Shown here: positions 53,692-64,000 of the stretch, piece after piece
How the letters are laid out: every line of letters starts with the position of its first letter
Position numbering within the stretch: position 1 is the first letter of the stretch
Assembly: GCA_951406725.2 (NCBI GenBank)
Contig: OX597818.1
Location: forward strand, 44,330,001-44,394,000
Length of the DNA: 64,000 bases
From: Octopus vulgaris
Lineage: Eukaryota
Direction of reading: 5' to 3'
Notes under the pieces: generated by a model
Databases searched by the model: none
What the model saw: only the letters and a program-made list of their open reading frames with translations
What the model was told of the DNA's origin: nothing
Translations under genes and position numbers: made by a program

Positions 53692-54305
53692 TTCCCACAA
53701 CAAAAACTTGCAGAGGACCTGTATAGACAGGTGTGAGTGTACTCTTATATAAAAACTCATCTAAATACATATGTGTGGGCATATGGGTGCATTTATTTTT
53801 ATCCATGCTTGCAGGATTAGATGAATATACATTAATATCTCTCTCTCTCACACACACACACATGGTATTAAATTAAGATTTGCTGCACAGTCAAATAACT
53901 CATATGGTATGGAATCACAATGTTTGTATCTAGTTGTGTGTGGCTTCATGTGATGCTATAGACGAGTGTTTTTTTTTATTCTGTGTCAAGATGAGATATT
54001 TGAGGTTGCAGCTATACTTCCTTAAACATAGGGAAAAAAATTTTTTTTTTTTTTTAATCAAATACAAGTTCATAAAAATTTATTGTCTCCACCCTCACCG
54101 TAAAACAAAACTCAAAAAGACCACAAACAATCACATAGTACATGTGATAGTGCTAACTAAAAAAGAGTTTTATTCTACTGATATTTTCCAATCTCTTGCA
54201 ATCTGCAATTTGCTAAATGAGATTTACTATATATATATATATATGTACAGACATATATACATATAGATATATGTGTCTATATGTACATATTTACATATAT
54301 GTATA

Positions 54306-54334
<29 letters not shown>

Positions 54335-54342
<8 letters not shown>

Positions 54343-54579
54343 TAATATCAGGGTAATTAAGATTTTAGAAATCTTTACTACCAGTGGCCTAGTGTATAGA
54401 AAAATTAGTCAATAGACTATATATTATTCATATAAAATACAGGGTACATTTAAACACAATTAAGAGGTGTCCATCATAGGACTACCTTACGCTAGAAGGA
54501 CTTTAGCTGTTCCTTCTAGCGTATGGTAGTCCTATGATGGTCACCTTAATTGTGTTTAAGTGTACACTGTATTTTATAT
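54335..54579 (-). mobile_element. Penelope-like 3' end with terminal fold-back (54430-54579, 10-nt loop)
   Basis: About 70-bp arms. The minus copy continues with ggccactggtag...taccctgatatt as in 49650-49810. Both ends lie in (TA)n. Confidence 0.7.
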
Positions 54580-54605
54580 ATATATACACACATATATATT
54601 TGTAC

Positions 54606-54636
<31 letters not shown>

Positions 54637-54675
54637 TATATATATTTGTACATACATACATATATATATTTGTAC

Positions 54676-54719
<44 letters not shown>

Positions 54720-56317
54720 CTACATACACATACATGTAATTTAGGAATATATGTAAGTGTGCGTGTATATTATTTCATCATCATTACACTTACGACTATC
54801 ATGTATAAATATACTGGGCACAATATATATAGTTTTACGCTTAAATGCAGTCTATAATCTAAAGATGACAGTGTCAGCCAAGAGATAAAAATGAAACTGA
54901 AACATGCATTCATGCAGTTAACTCAGACTAATGATTACAATAACAACATCAATATTTTCTAGAATCAAAAATGGTGAATCAAAATACTAGAATATCAACT
55001 CTTGACGAGTTTTCTCCTCCTCCAACATGCTGATCATGAATATTTGGCAGTGAATATATATGAAAATTTTGTGTTCGTGCATGAGGTGGCCTCTATATGA
55101 AACAACTAAGTGTTCGTCATTTTTTTGTATCAAAAACAATAGACACAATTTGAAAGTGATAAATTATTAGAAAATATATTAGACTAATATATTGATCATG
55201 ATGAAGAAGACCAATCATGTTAATTGGTGAATAAAACGACAGAGTGAGAAAGAGTGAGTGTGCATAGAAAATTTTTCATATACATAAATAACAGTTAATC
55301 CAACATTCTGTATTAGAGTGATGTGTAGTTAAAGAAAATAACACCATTAAATATTGAAATATCTAAGATGGATCATTAATAAGATTATAATTTTCTGTAC
55401 CATTAACCTCATCATTAGAGAATATATTTAAAATATTTATGCTGACACAACATTTCAATTGGTTCAATGTCCTTCCTGAATCAAACCTCTTGAAGCATAG
55501 TGTGGATATAAATATTTTAAATATACACTTTAAAGATGATTTTAATAATCTGGAAAGTTATAATCTTACTAATATTTCGAAACTTAAAATTTGAAGTGTT
55601 ACGTTCCATGTCAAGGAAAAGCAGTATTACCATTGAATACAAAACAAATGTTCCTGTCACTTCTGTAACTTTAATACCATGTAGAAATGCAACACAATAT
55701 AGGAATATAATATTGTTTATCTATCAACATTGTGTAATATAGATAAATATAAAGAAATTAGATAAATTGGGCATTGTATATCTACATATACATTATTCAC
55801 ACGAATCTACAAAGTATTTCTTAATTCTGGACATCAGTTCCAAAATGAACAAAATCTAAGTGGCAAATTGTGAAATTCAGTTGTGAATAAAGTTTATACT
55901 CTATAACCATGTAGTGAGTTCTTCCTTTCTCACTTGCATACATCATGTCACCATATTGTTTATATATATATATATGTGTATTTTTTATATGAATGCTTGT
56001 ACTTGCAAGCATGTGAAAAAATATTCAGTACAGAAATAACGTGTAATTATTTGTTGTAGCGCTTAAGTTGTTCTCTGTTATTCTACAGAGTTTTACAAGT
56101 CTTGCAGAACAACAGATATATTTATAAATATACACAAACACTCTCAAGTGCATACATATGTATATGCTTCACTCTTTTTGCCAGTCTATCTATCCTCGTA
56201 TATACATATAGAAAAAGACACAGACAGACTGAAATTTAGGAATCATTTATTTTGTGAGTGCAAAGTGATCAAATATAAAGTTTAATATTTAACAAAAGTT
56301 AGATAAAGAAAACAATA

Positions 56318-56538
56318 ATGGTTTCTGATTTAGGCACAAGGCCAACAATTTTTTGGGGGGACGGGTTCAGTCAATTACATTGACCCCAGTAGTTGACTGG
56401 TACTTTATTTTATCGACCTCAGAGGGATGAAAGGCAAAGTTGACCTCAGTGGGATTGGAACTCAGAATGTAAAGAGCTGGAACAAATACTGCAAGGCATT
56501 TTATTTAACACTCTAAAGATTCTGCCAATTTTTCACCC
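56318..56538 (-). mobile_element. Nin-domain-like SINE
   Basis: Minus strand gcctttcatccctctgaggtcgataaaataaagtaccag. Confidence 0.75.
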
Positions 56539-57349
56539 TAAAATAATTTCTCAAAGTGGGAATACAAGGCAGCAAACTTATTTGAGGTAGCATAAGGAAT
56601 AAAGGAGTCTTAATTAAAGAGAAAGACCCCATCATCAAAACCAACCAGTAAAGTAATGGAATATTTGATTAGTCAAACCTATTATGTAAACTAGTAACAT
56701 ATTTTTCGAATGAAGTTTACATATCAGAAATAAGAAAAAACAAAACAAGCTTTAATTTTCTTTTTTGCAATACTTCCATGAGGTTGCAGTGGTTGTATGT
56801 GTTTGTTATGCTTTTGTAGTTCCAGAAGATTGTTACACCTTTAAATAATTGCAGTATATCAAAATAACACTTACTTTACATTGACTATTATTTAATAAGA
56901 ATTCAATATAGTATTTGAATTAAAAAAACAAATAATACAAATTTGGGTTGGATGTACTAATTAATATTCCAATAATACAATTAGTGTATAGGAACAATGC
57001 CTGTTAAAGAACTTGCATTTTTTCATTATATAGTATAGTTTGTATATAGCTGTATGTAAGCATATATGGAGTGGGATGAGAATATATGTAATTGAATAAA
57101 AGACTGTGTTTGTTAAGTTGTCTGAGGATTAATAAAGTGGAAGTATATGCACGAGAGAGAGAGAGAGAGAAAGTTTCTGTGTAGGTGTACCGACAGAATA
57201 GCAGGTTTTGTTTAGAGTATTGTGTATAGTTATGCAGTTGGTGGGTATTTGACTTACTAATAGAATTAATATAATAATCATAGTGTAATTACTGCTGTAG
57301 TTTAATCCCAAGTGAGCACTGACCAAGTACACTTAGATAACGCAATAGT

Positions 57350-57950
57350 TTAAGATGTGTAGCAACAGCGAAATAGTCATAAATCGATGTAGGCATCATG
57401 TTTACAGCCATAAGAAAGAATCATTGTCAAAAGCAATTGCAGGTCCCCTTGTCATGCTGAGATCAATACAGTTGATATTTGGGTGAAAGGGAATGTGCAC
57501 AGGAAATGAATTCCAAGGGACTGCATTTAAGGGGCAAAATATCAGGAGAAAGGATTAGTACGAGATTTAGCGAGGGTTTTAACGTGGTAGGAATGGTGAA
57601 AGAAGGAAAAGTGGGTTAATTCTATCCACTTGGTTATGAGTGGTGCAGAGCTTGCTAGCTTAAAGAAGCAGACTATATTGTAGTTATGGTAGAAAAGGCT
57701 GCAATTGGACACAGTTGATGGGTAAGTGATTACTGGTGAGTAAAGATTGCCTATTAGTCAGATACTTTGGATGCTATTCAGAGTGTTTGTTGTGACAGCA
57801 GTATCTTATATATATAAGTGAATTTGTAATTTATAGTGTATCAATTATAGTGTCTGTTCATACTTATTGGTGGTGTTTATAATTAGAGTGAGGGAAGATA
57901 AGTTTGCAGTTACCATATATTCTTAAGAGTGGAAGATATCAATATAGAAA
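57350..57950 (-). mobile_element. Decayed CR1/L2-group LINE 3' fragment
   Basis: Minus strand reads SNCSLFYHNYNIVCFFKLASSAP ... PWNSFP. Confidence 0.5.
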
Positions 57951-60182
57951 TTTCATAAGAATATAGTTAAGGAAGAATGTATGTATCGTACATTTTTGTT
58001 ACTGTTTCTCAAATTGAATAGTAAAAGATATATTAGTTAATTGATATTATTTAACACATTAAATGTCATCTTTAAAATTAATCTCTTAATTTTTGAAAGT
58101 CAGTCTCAGTTAACAGTTTTCAATGTTTTCTAGCAATCAATTAATGTCACTCATCAATACACTCTAAAATAATTGCATGACTCAAGATGCTGCTGCTTTG
58201 GTGTAAAAATATAATGAATCAAAGCAAATATATTTAATACCCATACACACATATGTATGTGTGAATGTGTAATAATATTGGCTAAGAGGATTCTCACAAG
58301 CAATTGTTGAAATTAATGTCATGGTTATTTGCTTTTTATATTGAGTGAAGTGATGTAAAAAGTTAATGTTTTTGCTGTTAGATATAGAATAAACAAACAG
58401 AATTGAAACTGAAGGAAATTGTGCCAAAAAATAAGTAAATTTGTTAAGCAGTAGAACCTGTAAAATGTAATATTTTAAAAATTACGTTAGAAGAACAATC
58501 AAGTGAAGGATAGGGATTGCCAAAATAAGGTAAGGATAGAAAGGGTATTAAAAATATAGAAAAAAAAAATAATAACTATTCAAAATGAAATATAGAATTT
58601 GCTGTTCAAAACACAGCATATTTTTCATAAAGTAACCATTTGGATTTTTTAGGTAAATTAATCACAGTTTTCTTTTCTTTGTGATATATTTAGTAAATCC
58701 ACAATGTTCAGTCTGTTGAGAATTCAACTAAAACCCCAGGAACCGCTTTTTGCCTGAAAGCTTTGCAGTGCTATTTGTTGCAGTCTTGTGTGTTGCGGAC
58801 ACACAAGCAATTTGGAAGTGTCAACATTTAAATGCTTGACAACCAAATGAAAAATGATCTCCCTATCACAGAGGCTCCAGATCTTTTGTGAACTTTTCCT
58901 TCTTCGCTGTTATTTGGTTAAACCTTTTTCAGATTTTTCTGAAACAGGAACTCCTTTTTCAAGGTAGAAAAAAAGTCTATTATTCTGTGAATTAGACCAG
59001 CATCAAAGTGAATATATATAACATTTTGGAATTTATATATTTGTATGAAAAATAAATAAAAATAAAAATCTTGATTATGAGAAATTATGAGTTTAAATGA
59101 TTTCATAATTTGTTGAGCAAAATTGACAGCTATTTTTTGTTTGTGGTTTATATAGTTTAAACATAGGGAAATATTTTAAACGATATATTTGTTTGTTATT
59201 CATTTATTTTTTAAATCACTTTATTGTCAAGATATTACATTATTTATTTCATTACTCTTTATGTTGAATTAACATTGACAATAAAACAATATATTTCTCA
59301 TTAATTAGTCAATCAATAGTTATTGCAAAGAGTATTAAGAGACACACAACTTGTTAAATAGAATTTTCTTTCAGTAACATTTGGGCCTCATATCTGTATA
59401 GTATTATCATTTTTGTAGAATGGTGCAAGGTAAGGTTTTGTTTCAATTTAAGTGTAAAAACCCACACCATAGTTAATTAAAGAGAAAAATTTTGTCAGCC
59501 AATAACTTTCACCAATAATTTGCAATACACGAAATTGTTAAACAGTCCTAATACTATACAGATATACCACAAATAGCAAGAGACAAATCAAGGAAATTAC
59601 TATAAAAAATATCAAATAAATAATGTTATTTCATTCAAGTTAAAATGATTGTTATACTGTATTCATGGAGATATGGATAAATTCACCTGAATGATTTTTG
59701 AAAATAATTGTCACTAACAAAAAAATCACTTCTTAATAGGCAGTGTTATGGTGATTATTTTCACATTTTATGCCCAAATTAATTGAAATAGATTAAAAAC
59801 TCCATCTAAATTAAATGTAATTATAACTCAATATCTATTGACTATCTGCAAAGGAACAGTAAATTGACAACTGGACACCTATATTTCTTAAGGTTAAATT
59901 AAACTTAACAATGTGTTTATATCAAAATAACATATTTATGAAAGCTTAATTTGAAGATTTGCAAAGATTCATTTCTCTGAATATAATGAAAATGCCATTC
60001 AACAAAAAAGGGAAATGTTTATTACTCTATAGATTCTTTGTATCAGCAAAATAGCTCTGACTATAATAAAATATAACTTATTCATGTATGCGCTTTATTT
60101 TAGGAGAGCTGTAAATAAAATTTGAAGTGGAGCAATTACAACATTCAGATAGCAATTGCATTTAATCATGTATAAACCTAAT

Positions 60183-60213
<31 letters not shown>

Positions 60214-60216
<3 letters not shown>

Positions 60217-60560
60217 GGTGCATAAGGTATTCGAGGACATACCTTTTTGGGGTCATTGTTGCATTTTTTGCTAACTCTGTATAATCTTTGTTTCAGAAAA
60301 TAATAATGGCAGACCCTCAGCTTACTCAAGAAATGAAGAGGCATGCTGTTATTATGGCTATTTAGGCTGAGCATAGCGATTTAGAAATATCTCGATTTTT
60401 AAAAGTTGCCAGCTTTTTCACCTACGAAGTTTGTAAGGAGCTAGAGACTGAAGATGGAAATGTATCACCATTATCAAAGCATAAAAAGCATTCTGAACGC
60501 TCTGAAATTATCAGAACACCTGAAGTTCAACAGACTATTGAATACAATCCCAGGAAGTCA
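60214..60560 (+). mobile_element. Tc1/mariner-superfamily transposon 5' relic (TIR and HTH region pseudogene)
   Basis: TA|CAGGGTG start inside (TA)n. From 60306: MADPQLTQEMKRHAVIMAI*AEHSDLEISRFLKVA/..IIRTPEVQQTIEYNPRKS, with a stop and frameshift. Confidence 0.7.
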
Positions 60561-61148
60561 TTTAACATAGAGCAAACTTATTTATCTTTAATGATAGCAA
60601 TTTGAACTAAATCTTAGGGAAAGCATTAAGATTTTAACGTCTGAAGAATACATTAGTTACCACATTAGGTCTATCAATATAACTATTTGACAAATGAATT
60701 TATGCTACTAGAACCCATTTCAATATTAAGTTAATCTATCAGAACACACTTACTTTTCTTTGATATTCAGTCTCAAGATGGATAATAAATATTTCATAAT
60801 AAATCTGATTGGTTAGGCTAATAATTAAAGTCCTTTACAGAAATTAAATTATCTTTTAACAAAGATAGTTATATTACAGGAAAACCTAATCTAATCTCAT
60901 GATGGTCACTGGTATGGTAGGGTTCATACATATGCCATAATTTTCAAATCTAATATATCTGTCACATAAATATTGATGTTATATAGTAAAAAGGAAAATA
61001 AATTGGGATCCATTTAGATACTTCTTAACTGAGAAGAGAAACAAAACTAACACCCATACATTTGAATTATATTAAGTGACAGACTGATAGATCTAAGTGC
61101 AAATAACCTAAACATTAGTTTTGCCAGGTAAAAAGCTCATATGCAACT

Positions 61149-61180
<32 letters not shown>

Positions 61181-61529
61181 TACACACAAATATATATGTG
61201 TGCATGTGTGAGAAGATGCATGGCCAAGAGGTTGTGGTTCTGGGCTCACAATTGCAAAATTGTAGGTTTAAACCAAGTGGCAGGTTGTGTCTTTGGGAAT
61301 GACACATTGTTTTATATTACTCCAATCCACTCAGCAGGTGCAGCCCTCACTCTGTCCCCAGCTGTCACATCCCAAATGGTCTGCTAGGTCAAGGTTGAAG
61401 GCTGAGAGAGTGTCTGTATCTGCTTGTGACTAATAGTGAAAGCATGGTACATGTTACTAAGTCACACTCACTGTGAGCCATGGCTGTAGTTTTTAATATA
61501 CACAAACTTATGTATATATAATATAAAAA

Positions 61530-61623
61530 CGGACAGGGAGCCTGAACAGCCTTCAGCTGGTTAGCTGCTGTCAAACCATCCAACCCATGACAGCATAGAA
61601 AAAGACATTAAATGATAATGATT
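61530..61623 (+). mobile_element. RTE-type 3' terminal fragment
   Basis: ctgtcaaaccatccaacccatgacagcatagaaaaagacattaaatgataatgat. Confidence 0.7.
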
Positions 61624-61658
61624 ATATATGATTATATATATATATATATATATATAAA

Positions 61659-61814
61659 TCCTTAAAAATGTTTCAGCCCAAAAGCTGTGGCTATGCTGGG
61701 GCACCATCGTTGTATGAAATAGGACCCTCGGGGTCCTTCACCCGAAAGGTGGAATTGAACTACTTTGACGTCAGTCAGCTACAGGTTTGAAGCCTGCACT
61801 CCAGACCACTGAAG
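61659..61814 (-). mobile_element. Short structured retroelement end sharing the SINE A tail
   Basis: Minus strand ends ggtgccccagcatagccacagcttttgggctgaaaca, like the SINE A tail. The upstream part is unrelated and hairpin-rich. Confidence 0.5.
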
Positions 61815-62449
61815 TATATATATATATAAGGAATAAGAAACAAGATTAGAATATTAAATCTAAATATATAATTTAATTATCATTGGTGGTATTAAATCAG
61901 TTCATTTCAAAAATATGAAAGTCTTGGATAATTTTAAGAATAAAATCTTATATAAATTATACAATTCCTCCACCACAAATTTAATGTTACAGCTTGATGG
62001 TTTGAAGACATGAGAAGTTACCAATGAAGATATTATGTATAAAGAATTTAGCTAAAAATAATTTTATATTATCCAATTCTAATTTTTACTGCCTTTAATG
62101 GAAACTTTGAAATGCTAAATATTTCTGCTCCACACGATGTACTGCTATATCTCAATTGTTCTTTTTATTACACTGACTTTTGCCAATGTGAATTATGATT
62201 AATTTCCTTGATTTCTAATAATTGTATTTCTGTATATTATTTCAATTTGATATCAGGTTTTACTTTATCTAATTTCCATTCAAAGTATATAGTAAGCAGA
62301 TCAATGAATAACTAGCCCTTGGGACAAAAGATTTCATGCCTTGCCTATAAAAAAATCAGCATATTTATCCCAAAATGTAACTAATGTAAATTTATTATCC
62401 TGACTGAGAGCAATGGACTTATCAATACGATATCATATTTATTTTGAAC

Positions 62450-62640
62450 TTTTGCATAGTGCCAAAAATTTGTGGAGGAAGTGTAGGTGTAATTGTAGCA
62501 ATCCAGTACATTGCTGATATTCATTTTATCAAAGGAAAATTCAACTCTGGCTAGAGTTCAACTCAAACACAACAGGGCTGTAACTAAAGAGTGCAAGCAG
62601 TTTAATCTATTACCACTTTTTTCTGCTTTTCATCACCATT
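62450..62640 (-). mobile_element. Highly degenerate Nin-domain-like SINE
   Basis: Residual similarity to 56318-56538. Confidence 0.4.
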
Positions 62641-63618
62641 GATAGTATATAATAATAGATAATACTTAAATGCAAAAACCATGTAGATGCTGGCTATACA
62701 TTAATATACAAGTGTATATGTGTGCATGTGTGGTAACGAAATTATTCTGTTTTTAATTTTTTTTCTCTCAATAGATTTTTGGAGTGTATGTGTGCTCCAT
62801 AATGGCAACCATGATATATGCTTATATGGTATTCTTATGCAGATTAACAATGATTTGTTCTTAAGTCATACCACAATCAGTGCCATGCATTTGAATATCT
62901 TCCCATTATGATGGCACTTATATACAAAAGTGGTTTTATTGGTTTATCTATTTTTTCCCATGTGAGGGAGAGAAGCAAATGAATATTTCGTTTTTTCTCA
63001 AATAATTAAAAAATTATGCCTAATTCTTTTCAGTTTCCTTTTATTTAATATTTCACATTTTTCACTTATATCTATAAAAAGTTTATTTCTGCCTGTTTGT
63101 TCCTCATTAGAATAAAGCAATAGAGAGCCAATTCATTATGTTATTTTCAAGTAGTATATTCAAATTGTCTTTATTAAAAATTAAGTTTAAAGAGAATAAG
63201 AGAGGTAAAGTTACCATATTTTTCAGGAAAACGAAAGTGAAATGAATAATTGTAAATTATTCAATTCATGTTTACCTGCTAAGATCACAATAGTCAGTTA
63301 AAGTTTAAATTTAGATTGTGCAGAAATTATTCCACTTTTAACCTTTCTTTTAGTGTCAAACATTTTGGAGTATTTGTGTATCCTACGATGGTGAGTTGGA
63401 TACAAAATCTCATGGTATTCCTCTGTAGATTTATGATGGCTTGTCACTCCCACACACCATGACTAACTTTAGAGATTTGAATATCTTCTAATTTCAGTGA
63501 CTGTTTGAGTTTTATATTTTCTCTCTTTTCATAAAAGCAGTTTATTGATTGGATTATTCAGTTTTTTCATGTAAAACATGTATAAAGTAATCAACAAACC
63601 ACTTTTATATTCACACAC

Positions 63619-63660
<42 letters not shown>

Positions 63661-63661
<1 letters not shown>

Positions 63662-63770
63662 CCGGAGTAAACACATAAATGTGAAACAAGGTGGAAAAAA
63701 GAGTACTCAAATACCAGTGGTAGAGTAATATGCTTTATTCAAAAGCAGCAGTGCTGCTTTTGAATAAAGT
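63661..63770. repeat. 110-bp island between (TA)n arrays ending in a perfect 18-bp fold-back
   Basis: ctttattcaaaagcagca G tgctgcttttgaataaag at 63733-63769. Confidence 0.85.
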
Positions 63771-63771
63771 G

Positions 63772-63839
<68 letters not shown>

Positions 63840-64000
63840 TATATACACACACACTCATACGTATATTATATATATATATATACACACACACATGTAATAT
63901 ATATATGTGTGTGTGTGTGTGAGAGAGAGAGAAAGAGCAAGGGATTGTTGATAAATATTTGTGGCAACAAAAATATCTGGTGGTATCTATCCAATATGGC

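Noticed and set aside
48048-54857. Long ORFs rich in YI/HT/CV (for example 48048-48506, 53510-53863, 54534-54857)
   Set aside because: They are translations of (TA)n, (CA)n and (TG)n microsatellites, not proteins.
63366-63410. Small hairpin tgtatcc...ggataca as a pre-miRNA
   Set aside because: The stem is too short and interrupted.

Overview
AT-rich, microsatellite-dense eukaryotic DNA that is intronic or intergenic. The SINE and LINE repertoire resembles an octopus (coleoid cephalopod) genome; this is an inference from repeat families only. None of the supplied ORFs is an intact gene: they are microsatellite read-throughs, chance ORFs or transposon relics. Recognisable content includes tRNA-derived SINEs, decayed CR1/L2-, RTE- and Dong/R4-type LINE fragments, TTAA-flanked and pogo-type MITEs, a Tc1/mariner 5' relic and two weak candidate minus-strand exons (39.6 and 45.3 kb). 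The strongest unexplained signal is about 15 type I hammerhead-ribozyme-like motifs from several families. Many have palindromic helix III, unusually long helix II or non-canonical 10.1-11.1 pairs. They sit in or beside about 10 asymmetric fold-back inverted repeats bounded by (TA)n, and two are directly linked to GIY-YIG-like C-terminal remnants. I interpret this as a dense population of hammerhead-bearing Penelope-like retroelement ends. All alignments and folds were done by eye.
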